Shown piece by piece: positions 1 to 8,885 of a stretch of DNA of 64,000 nt. The position numbers and the translations under genes are program-made. The stretch is from a virus, in the IMG/VR virus record IMGVR_UViG_3300045988_081423; one strand, 5' to 3'. A model generated the notes under the pieces. The model had not been told where the DNA came from. It saw nothing but the letters and a program-made list of their open reading frames with translations, and searched no databases. How positions within the stretch are numbered: the first letter of the stretch is position 1; the number at the start of each line of letters is the position of its first letter.

Positions 1-108
1 AATAATAAGGGACTGGTAGATGAGTATGACATAAACATGAAAGCATTGGTTGTGGGGATTATTGAACATCGACTAACAAGTTTTGATATTATCGACATAC
101 TATTATGA
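1..108 (+). CDS. 3' end of an unidentified CDS (partial, start outside window)
   Basis: Frame 1 is open from the window edge to TGA at 106-108. It converges on the leftward operon and is followed by the shared hairpin 133-158. Confidence 0.25.
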   Translation, partial: NNKGLVDEYDINMKALVVGIIEHRLTSFDIIDILL

Positions 109-132
109 TATCACTTATTAAAACATAAAAAT

Positions 133-158
133 AAGACCGTAGTTAATTCTACGGTCTT
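133..158 (-). terminator. Rho-independent terminator of the leftward operon (possibly bidirectional)
   Basis: 10-bp stem AAGACCGTAG/CTACGGTCTT with a 6-nt loop. On the minus strand a T-rich run follows it, just downstream of the stop of CDS 183-596. Confidence 0.6.
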
Positions 159-182
159 TAATTGTACCTATGAGTTATTATA

Positions 183-596
183 TTATGATTCAATACTGTA
201 TGCAATTACTTCTTGACACATCAAAAAGACAAAAGCATCTCTAATAAATTTATTAATATTTAGAATAACTACTAGTTCCTGCATGAAATAACTAAAAGAA
301 TTTTTTGGTTCAGCAAGTGTCTTCGCATACCAAATACGCGGTGTGTATGGGAACCGTTCGCCTTCTATTTCTATGCAAACATATCCACCGTAATACGCAT
401 TGCCTTTATCTATGGCTTCTATATATTTATATTTACCGTTCGACTTATCACAAATTTCTTTTAGAATTTTAAAACATACTTGAACGTCTTTTTCAGATGG
501 GACATAAATATTGCACTTATGTTCGACTGCATATTCGCATAAGTCATAATCGCTACGCTCAGAACAGAACTTAATTAATTCTTTTGCATTCTCCAT
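183..596 (-). CDS. hypothetical protein
   Basis: 137-aa ORF, last gene of the leftward operon. It shares a short A-x-E-x-x-CNI-x-V segment with the 2687-3076 product; no family recognised. Confidence 0.6.
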   Translation of the reverse strand: MENAKELIKFCSERSDYDLCEYAVEHKCNIYVPSEKDVQVCFKILKEICDKSNGKYKYIEAIDKGNAYYGGYVCIEIEGERFPYTPRIWYAKTLAEPKNSFSYFMQELVVILNINKFIRDAFVFLMCQEVIAYSIES

Positions 597-605
597 AATT
601 ACTCC

Positions 606-1679
606 TTAATCATATCTGATAAAATCTTTACCCATTACTTCATTAACCATATCAAACATTTTACCCATTCCTAATCCTTTACTGTTAGGAACCCATATCT
701 TTTCAGGGTTCCAATAATCAGTACCAATTTTTGATACATCATATTCGGGATTATCAATCCATTGACCACCATTGATGCAATATTCATATTGTCTAAGATG
801 AGTTTTAGCTAACCTTTGGAATCTTGTTTCTCCTTTTTCAAGATGTGCTCCGTACCCGCAATACACGCACCCGGTTCTATCACAGCCTGTGCAACGATAT
901 TTATTGTTTTCATCAAGAACTATATCACCATATACACTAGGAATTTCAATATGATTATTAAAAATCAATCCTAGAATATCTTGCTCAGTGAAAATACTCA
1001 TAGGCTTTGATTTCGGGCGCTTTGCCCCGTTTGAAGAATAAGCATTACATCCTGTGCCAATCCAAGACCTAGCTCTAAGGATAGACTCTTCTGCCATTTC
1101 TGCTGTGATTGCATAATTGCCCGTTTCTTTCTCATATTGTTTAGCTGGTTTCTTTTTTAAATAGTTGCAACATTTATTGCTAAACATAATTGGCAATTCC
1201 ATAAGTGGCAAATATTTCTTATGGCTAAATTGAACTTTACCATTATGAGGGTTAATATATTCTCCGTGCATTCTAATATCTTGCGCTCCACCGGGACAGA
1301 CTCTTGCTTCACAGATACATTGAGATATTTCTTTTGAAATAATCGGGTATCCATATTTCAAAATACACTGAAAGAAATTTATTTCTGGTCTTCTAATGAT
1401 AATGTTATTATCAGATTTAACAAACTGTTTTACTTCTGGATATTCAAGACCAGTATCAAAATAGACAACTGGAATATTTAAAAGTTCTGGAAATAATTTT
1501 GCAGCCTTCGTATGAATAATCCATTTTAATACTGTGCTATCCTTCCCACCAGAATAACTTAAATAGCATTTCCCATTTTCGTTATGATAAAACTTGGCTA
1601 TCATATTTATACAATGCTGTAGTTTAAAATCAACAGATTGTGCTTGTAAATTTTGTAAATCTTCGTATGAATAATCCAT
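606..1679 (-). CDS. PAPS-reductase-like PP-loop ATP pyrophosphatase (DndC/IbrA-like) with C-terminal Cys cluster
   Basis: 357-aa ORF with the PP-loop motif SYSGGKDST near the N-terminus. The C-terminal cluster CTGCDRTGCVYCGYG suggests an Fe-S or Zn site. Confidence 0.7.
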   Translation of the reverse strand: MDYSYEDLQNLQAQSVDFKLQHCINMIAKFYHNENGKCYLSYSGGKDSTVLKWIIHTKAAKLFPELLNIPVVYFDTGLEYPEVKQFVKSDNNIIIRRPEINFFQCILKYGYPIISKEISQCICEARVCPGGAQDIRMHGEYINPHNGKVQFSHKKYLPLMELPIMFSNKCCNYLKKKPAKQYEKETGNYAITAEMAEESILRARSWIGTGCNAYSSNGAKRPKSKPMSIFTEQDILGLIFNNHIEIPSVYGDIVLDENNKYRCTGCDRTGCVYCGYGAHLEKGETRFQRLAKTHLRQYEYCINGGQWIDNPEYDVSKIGTDYWNPEKIWVPNSKGLGMGKMFDMVNEVMGKDFIRYD

Positions 1680-1808
1680 AACCGTCCATTAACCAAACTG
1701 ATTAGTGGACAGACTAGAAATCTTCCCATAGCACTTTCGTACCGCAATAACTCTAGCCTTTACGTTGTACTATCACATATTTACAACAACCCTGCTTACA
1801 GGGATTGG

Positions 1809-2462
1809 TTACTCCTTTCTAAAATCCTTATAAAATATATCACAAGCAATGTCTCTTAAATATTGCTTGTTAATCACTATATTAATTAGTTTCTCTGGTC
1901 TAATACACTCGCTATACACTAATTTCATATATTGATTGATAACAAAGTATCTTCGTCCTTTATAACTTGATTGATTTAACATAAATTCTTCTACATTATC
2001 AAAATGTATTTTGTGTTTTTGTATCTCTGGAAAAACTGCCTCTTGCAATTCTTTTGAGTTTAACAGAAATGCTTCTATGCTATCTAAATTATAAATATCA
2101 TTAGTAAAAGATTTCGGGTAAATTATATTATAATATGTCGTCAATTTATTCTTATCAACAAACCATCCGACGCTATTACGATACCCAGCTTTATATAATT
2201 CAAAACTAAACGTATTCAAATCTCTTGTTAAATATTTTATAGCCGCCTTTTCATCAACAAGATATTCTTTGTTATATCTATTTAATATAACATCAATACC
2301 AGAGATATCTTGTTCTTTTGTTGGTTGTTTAACAGAGAAACCATGCTCATCATAGAGCATGGTCATATATTGGTGAATTACATTTTCTTGTTTTAAATCA
2401 AGTTGTCTGTTAGAATAAATTATATCACTTTTTGACGAACCTTCCACAGTGACATTCACCAC
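1809..2462 (-). CDS. hypothetical protein (weak PD-(D/E)xK-like signature)
   Basis: 217-aa ORF. GIDVIL ... VDEKA resembles a D...(D/E)xK nuclease core, but the match is weak. Confidence 0.5.
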   Translation of the reverse strand: MVNVTVEGSSKSDIIYSNRQLDLKQENVIHQYMTMLYDEHGFSVKQPTKEQDISGIDVILNRYNKEYLVDEKAAIKYLTRDLNTFSFELYKAGYRNSVGWFVDKNKLTTYYNIIYPKSFTNDIYNLDSIEAFLLNSKELQEAVFPEIQKHKIHFDNVEEFMLNQSSYKGRRYFVINQYMKLVYSECIRPEKLINIVINKQYLRDIACDIFYKDFRKE

Positions 2463-2610
2463 TTTCTTGCTCTTTAAATTCCTTACACATACACTTCGTA
2501 TCTTCGTTCTTAATTAGAGAACAAGGACAATAACCATCGTTTGACTTAATAATATTAGCAAACTCAATATGTTCCTCATCTGTCCAAGTGGGGTTTTTAA
2601 TAACACTCAT
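2425..2610 (-). CDS. small CxC-rich protein resembling the ferredoxin:thioredoxin reductase catalytic subunit
   Basis: 61-aa ORF with CPC-x9-CMC-x10-CHC, close to the CPC/CPC/CHC pattern of FTR catalytic chains. It lies in the same leftward operon as nrdDG. Confidence 0.5.
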   Translation of the reverse strand: MSVIKNPTWTDEEHIEFANIIKSNDGYCPCSLIKNEDTKCMCKEFKEQESGECHCGRFVKK

Positions 2611-2686
2611 GAAATAACCTCCATTATAATAATTAAAATTATTACGGGTAAAAACAAGTTAAGAAATGCCACTATAAAACTCTTAT

Positions 2687-3076
2687 TCATTGACCTACTT
2701 CCATAGTAATACCTTTTAGTTTATAGGGTCTAAACAAATATTCTAACACTCTATCAGCGTCGTCAATTACTATATTTTCAGCGCCAGAAAGTTCTTTAAA
2801 TCTAATTGCATCACTAGCTGTATAAATCTTCACAGTATGCTGTTCAAGTTCAAATCTACGTCTAAAAATATAATAATAAGAATACCCATCGTCTGAGCCA
2901 TCTTGCTTATCAATCACATAACCATCAGACTTAAATACATCGTCAAGAATAGCCCTCATATATTTTACGCCATTATAATAAGCAACTAAAATATTACAAT
3001 TGTTTTCAATGGCATATCTTGCTATTTGATAACTACGTCCTGTGCCACGAGAAGAAAGAATTTTAATCATATTCAA
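2687..3076 (-). CDS. hypothetical protein
   Basis: 129-aa ORF with an N-terminal SSRGTGRS P-loop-like stretch; no firm family. Confidence 0.55.
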   Translation of the reverse strand: MNMIKILSSRGTGRSYQIARYAIENNCNILVAYYNGVKYMRAILDDVFKSDGYVIDKQDGSDDGYSYYYIFRRRFELEQHTVKIYTASDAIRFKELSGAENIVIDDADRVLEYLFRPYKLKGITMEVGQ

Positions 3077-3080
3077 CCTC

Positions 3081-3410
3081 TTAAAATTCTAAATATAAAT
3101 CGTCGCTCGATTTTTCTAGTAAATCACCAAGCCATTCCATTCTATCACAAACTAAGTCATTATATGCTATTGTGGCTTCTTGAATAGTATCGGCATACTT
3201 AAAAATATACGCAGGGGTGCTATCTGGTTCTGAACCGTCAAATTGATTATCGGGGTCAAAGCCATCTTTGTCAGAATAAAATTTATGGTTCTTTACAATA
3301 CCTTTCGTTGGAACTGCCGTAAACAATCTGTTAGTATCATGATTAAAAAATCTATATGCAAAACCATAAACGGTTGTATCTTCTGGAACTGTATCTATCG
3401 TATAAATCAC
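3081..3410 (-). CDS. hypothetical protein
   Basis: 109-aa ORF tightly packed in the operon. Confidence 0.55.
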   Translation of the reverse strand: MIYTIDTVPEDTTVYGFAYRFFNHDTNRLFTAVPTKGIVKNHKFYSDKDGFDPDNQFDGSEPDSTPAYIFKYADTIQEATIAYNDLVCDRMEWLGDLLEKSSDDLYLEF

Positions 3411-3425
3411 ATATCTTCACCTCAA

Positions 3426-4085
3426 TTAAATATATCCATTAAAGTAATCATCAACAAATTTCTGTAATGTATCATAGGCCGCACCATCTTGGTGTGAATA
3501 CAATTCATCAAGAGCATCAGTCAAATCCTGTCTATCATAAGAATTGTCCTTGCGTTGGTTGTACTTATCACTGGTATAATTATACCAAGCAGTAATCATC
3601 TTGTCCACGGCCATATTCTTTAGCTTGCTTTCACCAATATCTTCATAATTATAAACGGTGTGCATAATATATGTTATGTCGTCAATCTGTTCCTGTGTTA
3701 AATTAAAGGTGTATGGAACGCTACTGTCTTTATCTTCAATATAAAATTTAACAAAGATATACCAATCAGTCGTGTCTTCCTTCACGCAAAAATCTTTATC
3801 CCATTTCTGATTCAAAGCTTTTGTAAGATTTCTACGAACGCAATTTTCATATCCATTTTCTTCAACATTATCATAGAATTGTTTAATGATGTTCTTATAT
3901 CTTTCGACAGCTACATCAACACAGCTATTATCCCAAGCATCTCTTTCATCATGGTAACTATAACAACCACAACGATAATTATTTGTTCCTATTGGCGCAA
4001 CTTCCCAACGAAATTGGCAGTCTGACTCAAATTTAATATCAAGATAAAGTGTCTTCGTATCAAAAATCCTCCAATTCTTTCTCAT
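3426..4085 (-). CDS. hypothetical protein, tandem paralog A
   Basis: Shares the blocks LYLD.(K/E)F, W...P.GT, YK..I..F.DNV, KFYI(E/D) and T.EQ with the neighbouring gene. The start was moved to an internal ATG (MRKNW) to limit overlap. Confidence 0.55.
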   Translation of the reverse strand: MRKNWRIFDTKTLYLDIKFESDCQFRWEVAPIGTNNYRCGCYSYHDERDAWDNSCVDVAVERYKNIIKQFYDNVEENGYENCVRRNLTKALNQKWDKDFCVKEDTTDWYIFVKFYIEDKDSSVPYTFNLTQEQIDDITYIMHTVYNYEDIGESKLKNMAVDKMITAWYNYTSDKYNQRKDNSYDRQDLTDALDELYSHQDGAAYDTLQKFVDDYFNGYI

Positions 4086-4587
4086 ACTCATCATCAAAAT
4101 ACTTCTGACAAAGAGAAACAATGATATCAATTACACCTTCATTGATTTCTTCTTTGTTTTTGTTCTGATAATCTTCTACCTTGTACATCATAAGGTCAAG
4201 GATTCTCTTCTGTTCTGGTGTTACATAGAAAGTAACAGACTGTTTCTCAAGATGATTGTCAATATAAAATTTAATATGAATGTCACCATGACCGCTATAA
4301 TTTCTGATTTCAAAACTTTTATTCCAGTCACTATTTAAAACATCATTAAGTACATCTTGAACAATATTCGCCTCTACCCCTATTACATTATCCATAAACA
4401 ACTCAATAACTTTCTTGTACTTATCAATAATCCAAGAAGTGTCGTCTTTTAGTTTGCCGGTAGTATAAGTCTCTTCACAACCATGCCACTCAAACTTTTC
4501 GTATGAACATTTTGTTCCTGTTGGAACAAGACTCCAATCATAATGCTCATCCGTATTAAATTCGACATCAAGATAAAGCATCTTCAT
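4060..4587 (-). CDS. hypothetical protein, tandem paralog B
   Basis: Same conserved blocks as paralog A. The start at MKMLYLD abuts the stop of the upstream gene. Confidence 0.55.
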   Translation of the reverse strand: MKMLYLDVEFNTDEHYDWSLVPTGTKCSYEKFEWHGCEETYTTGKLKDDTSWIIDKYKKVIELFMDNVIGVEANIVQDVLNDVLNSDWNKSFEIRNYSGHGDIHIKFYIDNHLEKQSVTFYVTPEQKRILDLMMYKVEDYQNKNKEEINEGVIDIIVSLCQKYFDDEYEKELEDF

Positions 4588-4589
4588 AT

Positions 4590-5057
4590 TTAATCTCCAT
4601 AACGACAATAGTAATCTACGATTGATTTATGACTAATTTCATGGTCTATATTCCAAGTGCTATGATAAGCATTTTCCCAAGGGTCTTGTTTGATAACAAT
4701 TTGTACTAAAGCACTTGTGGAATATTTGGACATACAATCAAGCATATCATTCATAAGCTGTTCATCTTCCAGGTTATTAATCTTATTTTTGAATTTATCT
4801 GGTGGAATCACCCCACAGCCATAATAGAAATATTCGTGATAAACCTCTTTAACGACTGGGCCAAAATCCCAAGCAAGCAGCTTTTCATTATAGCATGGTT
4901 TTTTCTTGTTTGCAAGAAATGTCACCTGTAAAAAATACATTTGTTTTGCAAGACGAAGATTGTTGGTTAAACGTCCTTGGGTATTCTCGTACCAAATAAT
5001 ATATTCTGCGACATCAAGTGCTTTGTAAGCCATATTATTCTTTACTCCATAATGCAA
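4590..5057 (-). CDS. Panacea (DUF4065, SocA/GepA-like) domain protein
   Basis: 155-aa ORF. LRLAKQMYFLQ ... LLAWDFGPVVKEVY matches the L.KL.Y..Q ... AW..GPV...Y signature of Panacea domains. Confidence 0.7.
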   Translation of the reverse strand: MHYGVKNNMAYKALDVAEYIIWYENTQGRLTNNLRLAKQMYFLQVTFLANKKKPCYNEKLLAWDFGPVVKEVYHEYFYYGCGVIPPDKFKNKINNLEDEQLMNDMLDCMSKYSTSALVQIVIKQDPWENAYHSTWNIDHEISHKSIVDYYCRYGD

Positions 5058-5299
5058 CGATTACTTAGTTTCTTATAAACATCCTCGTATAGCTCCCCTT
5101 TATCTCCGTTAAATGTGTATTCTGCGAGAGTATTATCTACCTTATTACTAATAATACACTTCCAATTTTGGAGAGCTTTACAAGACCATACAACAAAAGT
5201 GTCGTTAAACGAAATCTTTGTATTGCCAAATTTATGATTCCAAAGAATATATTCTACACGGCACTTATCCTGAAACTCACTCATACTACTAATTTTCAT
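5042..5299 (-). CDS. hypothetical protein, overlaps the Panacea gene by 16 nt
   Basis: 85-aa ORF translationally coupled to 4590-5057. Confidence 0.5.
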   Translation of the reverse strand: MKISSMSEFQDKCRVEYILWNHKFGNTKISFNDTFVVWSCKALQNWKCIISNKVDNTLAEYTFNGDKGELYEDVYKKLSNRCIME

Positions 5300-5344
5300 A
5301 AATCACCATAATGCCAACCCACCCAATCCCTTACTTGAAATTAA

Positions 5345-5848
5345 TTATTCACAATATAACTTAACTAAACCGTCTCTTAGTGTCTCTTTTAAATCAATTA
5401 CTCTTTGATTTCTACTCCCACGCCATTTTAGAGTAATATCATGCTGAGATTTAATATATTCCCCATCTACTAAGACATCAATATATTTAACAATCTCTTG
5501 AGTATCACTTCTATTCATTACTTCCTCATACTCATATCCAGTCCAACACCAAATATCTTTTTGAGGGAACTTTTCTTTTACTAATTTGACAAGGCGTGTG
5601 AGTTCTGGAATATTCTCTTTCTTTAGTGGGTCTCCACCACTAAGAGTAAGACCAGAAATATAATCATGATTTAGAGAATTAAGAATCTCATTTACTGTGT
5701 CATTAGTAAACTTGCTCCCGTAATTGATGTCCCAAGTTTCAGGATTTTGACATTCATCACAACAATGGTCACAACCACTCACCCAGAGAACAACCCTTAC
5801 TCCCTCTCCATTTGCAATGTCGTATTTTGTTATCTTAGCATAATTCAT
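5345..5848 (-). CDS. nrdG: anaerobic ribonucleotide reductase activating protein (radical SAM)
   Basis: 167-aa ORF with the N-terminal Cys cluster GCDHCCDECQN and LSGGDP. Its start overlaps the nrdD stop. Confidence 0.85.
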   Translation of the reverse strand: MNYAKITKYDIANGEGVRVVLWVSGCDHCCDECQNPETWDINYGSKFTNDTVNEILNSLNHDYISGLTLSGGDPLKKENIPELTRLVKLVKEKFPQKDIWCWTGYEYEEVMNRSDTQEIVKYIDVLVDGEYIKSQHDITLKWRGSRNQRVIDLKETLRDGLVKLYCE

Positions 5849-8049
5849 TACTGGACTCCTAGATGAACAACTCGCTCTTTAATCTCTTGTGTGCGACCTT
5901 GATTCCAGTCATTAGTACCAAGATAACCACAAGTTCTACGCACGATGTTCATTTTTGATTTATCACGATTTTTACAATTTGGACATTCCCAAACTAGCTT
6001 ACCATCATCATCTTTTACGATTTGGATTTCTCCGTCATAACCACAGACCTGACAGTAATCACATTTGGTATTTAGTTCTGCATACATAATGTTGTCATAA
6101 ATAAACTTGATTACAGAGAGAACAGCCTCGACATTATTATTCAAGTTAGGTATTTCTATATAACTTATGGCACCACCCGGAGATAGTTTCTGAAATTCGC
6201 TTTCAAATTTCAGTTTTGTAAAGGCATCAATCTTTTCGGTTACAACAACATGATAAGAGTTTGTAATATAATTTCTATCTGTAATACCCGGAATAACACC
6301 AAAACGCCTCTTTAGGCACTTAGCAAACTTGTATGTAGTGGATTCGATTGGGGAGCCATACAAACTATAATCAATGTTTTCAGAGGCTTTCCATTCATTA
6401 CACTTATCATTCATGTGTTGCATGATTTCAAGTGCGAACGGTTTTGCTTCATCACTTGTATGACTCTTGCCAGTCATAGCAAGAACGCATTCGTAGAGAC
6501 CAGCATATCCTAGACTAATGGTTGAATAACCGTCATACAGGAGCTTATCAATCTTCTCTCCTTTCTTTAGACGAGCAAGACCTCCATGTTGCCAGTGAAT
6601 TGGAGATACATCTGATAGAGTACCAAGAAGTCTATTATGGCGAATCTGTAGCGCCCTGTGACACAACTCAAGACGTTCGTCAAAAATCTTCCAGAATTTA
6701 TTAAAATCTTTGTTTGCACTTAAACCGACATCTGAAAGATTAATAGTAACAACGCCTTGATTAAAACGTCCGTAATACTTCTTTCCCTTAACCCAGTTAT
6801 TAGCATTCGCTAAATTCTCTGTCGTGCGGTCAGGAGTTAGGAACGAGCGACACCCCATACAGGGGAAGCAATCACCCTTATATTCCAGCATTTTCTTTTC
6901 TGAAATATAATCTGGAACCATACGCTTTGCTGTACATTTAGCGGCAAGCTCTGTTAGATAATAATACTTATCTCCCTCATGGATATTATCTTCTTCTAGT
7001 ACATAAAGAATCTTTGGGAATGCAGGAGTAATCCATACACCCTGTTCATTTTTAGTTCCCTCAATTCTTTGCTTTAGAACCTCTTCAATGAGCATTGCGA
7101 AGTCGTCTTTTTCTCTACCATCCTTTACTTCATTTAAATAAAGGAAAATAGATACAAATGGTGTCTGCCCATTAGTCGTCATTAAAGTATTAATTTGATA
7201 CTGAATTGTCTGAACTCCGCGTTTAATTTCTTCTTTTAGACGACCCTCTGTAATCTCATTAATCTGTTCATCCGTAGCATTTGAATTTAACAGAGCAACC
7301 TCTTCCATTACTTGCTTTCTGATTTTCTTTCTGCTAACATCAATAAATGGAACAAGATGCGCTAACGATTCGCTCTGTCCCCCATATTGATTGCTTGCTA
7401 CTTGTGCCATCACCTGAGTCGCAATATTGCAAGCAGTTGCAAAACTATGAGGTTTTTCAATTAGAGTACCGTTAATCACAGTACCATTTTGAAGCATATC
7501 TTCCAGATTGATTAAACAGCAGTTGTGCATCCGCTGAATAGCATAGTCAGAGTCATGAAAATGAATCAAACCTTGCTCATGTGCTTCACGAATGTCCTTT
7601 GGAAGAATCAGACGATTTACAATATCACGGCTTACTTCACCAGCAATATAATCACGTTGCGTAGCTGCAATTTTAGGATTCTTATTACTATTTTCTTGAA
7701 TTACGTCTTCATTTACGCCATCAACAATAGACATGATTTTGCCATCAGTCGTATTTCCGTTTCTAGCAAGCTGGCGCTCATAACGATAACGAATATACGT
7801 TTTTGCGACATCATAATAACCGCGTTGCATCAGAAGTGACTCAATTGTATCTTGAATATTTTCGACAGATACGGCGCAATCTTGTGCTTTAAAATTATTA
7901 TATACTTCTGTGGCGATTGTCTGAATTGCAATCTGCGGCATTGCTTTCCCACCGCTTTTTTCTACTTCGTCGCTTGCTTTTTGAATTGCAAGCGTTATCT
8001 TTCCTTTTTGGAACTTGTCTTCACGACCATCACGCTTAATTACATTCAT
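5848..8049 (-). CDS. nrdD: anaerobic (class III) ribonucleoside-triphosphate reductase
   Basis: 733-aa ORF with an N-terminal ATP-cone (VIKRDGREDKF), a C-terminal Zn ribbon (CDYCQVCG ... CPNC) and the glycyl-radical motif RRTCGYLG. Confidence 0.92.
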   Translation of the reverse strand: MNVIKRDGREDKFQKGKITLAIQKASDEVEKSGGKAMPQIAIQTIATEVYNNFKAQDCAVSVENIQDTIESLLMQRGYYDVAKTYIRYRYERQLARNGNTTDGKIMSIVDGVNEDVIQENSNKNPKIAATQRDYIAGEVSRDIVNRLILPKDIREAHEQGLIHFHDSDYAIQRMHNCCLINLEDMLQNGTVINGTLIEKPHSFATACNIATQVMAQVASNQYGGQSESLAHLVPFIDVSRKKIRKQVMEEVALLNSNATDEQINEITEGRLKEEIKRGVQTIQYQINTLMTTNGQTPFVSIFLYLNEVKDGREKDDFAMLIEEVLKQRIEGTKNEQGVWITPAFPKILYVLEEDNIHEGDKYYYLTELAAKCTAKRMVPDYISEKKMLEYKGDCFPCMGCRSFLTPDRTTENLANANNWVKGKKYYGRFNQGVVTINLSDVGLSANKDFNKFWKIFDERLELCHRALQIRHNRLLGTLSDVSPIHWQHGGLARLKKGEKIDKLLYDGYSTISLGYAGLYECVLAMTGKSHTSDEAKPFALEIMQHMNDKCNEWKASENIDYSLYGSPIESTTYKFAKCLKRRFGVIPGITDRNYITNSYHVVVTEKIDAFTKLKFESEFQKLSPGGAISYIEIPNLNNNVEAVLSVIKFIYDNIMYAELNTKCDYCQVCGYDGEIQIVKDDDGKLVWECPNCKNRDKSKMNIVRRTCGYLGTNDWNQGRTQEIKERVVHLGVQ

Positions 8050-8080
8050 GCAACCAGCCTTTCTAAAATTTAACAGATAA

Positions 8081-8299
8081 TTAATCTTCTTTTAATTCTT
8101 GTTGAGCTAGTGCAACATTTGCCCACATAGTACATTCTTTGAGCTTTTCAAATGCAAGCTGCTTACTCTTACCCTTTGGAAGCTCACTTAGAATTTGACT
8201 TAGCTGATACGCTTCCTGAGAAATATCTTCATTCAGTTCACGGCTCTTATCTGAAAATTCTACTGAGTAAAATAAACTACTATCAAGCGACAATAGCAC
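8081..8299 (-). CDS. hypothetical protein, first gene of the leftward operon
   Basis: 72-aa ORF with an AAAGGAG RBS. The true start is probably the TTG at 8293. Confidence 0.5.
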   Translation of the reverse strand: MLLSLDSSLFYSVEFSDKSRELNEDISQEAYQLSQILSELPKGKSKQLAFEKLKECTMWANVALAQQELKED

Positions 8300-8381
8300 C
8301 AGCTCCTTTCAATTTAACAAGAAATAAATACTTGAAGAGAATCAGTCAGGCTCCCGACTTCCTTTCTGGCCCTCTACAAAT

Positions 8382-8442
8382 ATTATATCAAAACAGAATG
8401 ATTTTGTCAATATGCAAATTACACTTGTAACAGTTTTGTAAC
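8382..8442 (-). promoter_or_regulatory. leftward sigma-A-type promoter PL1 with upstream tandem heptamers
   Basis: Minus strand reads TTGACA (8410-8405), a 17-nt spacer, then TATAAT (8387-8382). A pair of GTTACAA heptamers 11 nt apart lies at 8425-8442, upstream of the -35. Confidence 0.7.
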
Positions 8443-8482
8443 TATTGTGCATACTTATCCATCATCTGTTATTCTATATAAT

Positions 8483-8542
8483 ATTATACTCAAGAAAAAA
8501 TATTTGTCAATAGGTTTTATGCAATTGTAATAATTTTGTAAT
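8483..8542 (-). promoter_or_regulatory. leftward sigma-A-type promoter PL2 with upstream tandem heptamers
   Basis: Minus strand reads TTGACA (8510-8505), a 16-nt spacer, then TATAAT (8488-8483). The heptamer pair is at 8525-8542. The unit repeats PL1 exactly 100 bp away. Confidence 0.65.
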
Positions 8543-8569
8543 CTTTATACGTTTCTATTAAATTTAAGA

Positions 8570-8800
8570 TGAATTATCTATTATATATTATTATTATATT
8601 ATATATATAATATAATAATTAAATATAAATATATATTATATAATTATTATTAAATATATTATTATTTATAATATATTTAATATAACTAATAAATATTATA
8701 ATAATTATTTAATATTATATACTAATAATATTAAATATATTCATATTTTAAGTTATAATATATTATATATACTAAGAATATTATATTTATATTATTTTCA
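8570..8800. repeat. near-pure A/T low-complexity tract (candidate DNA unwinding element)
   Basis: 8579-8685 contains no G or C at all, and the flanks carry only isolated C/G. The tract sits between divergent promoters. Confidence 0.8.
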
Positions 8801-8885
8801 TTATTAAGTTCAGTTGATTTAAGAATGAATCCGCCCATTCCATAGTATTATATCATAATTCTTGTTAAATTGCAAGACTATAATT

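Noticed and set aside
8570-8800. Possible CRISPR array or tandem-repeat locus in the A/T tract
   Set aside because: There is no fixed repeat unit or repeat-spacer periodicity, only degenerate A/T words, and no cas genes.
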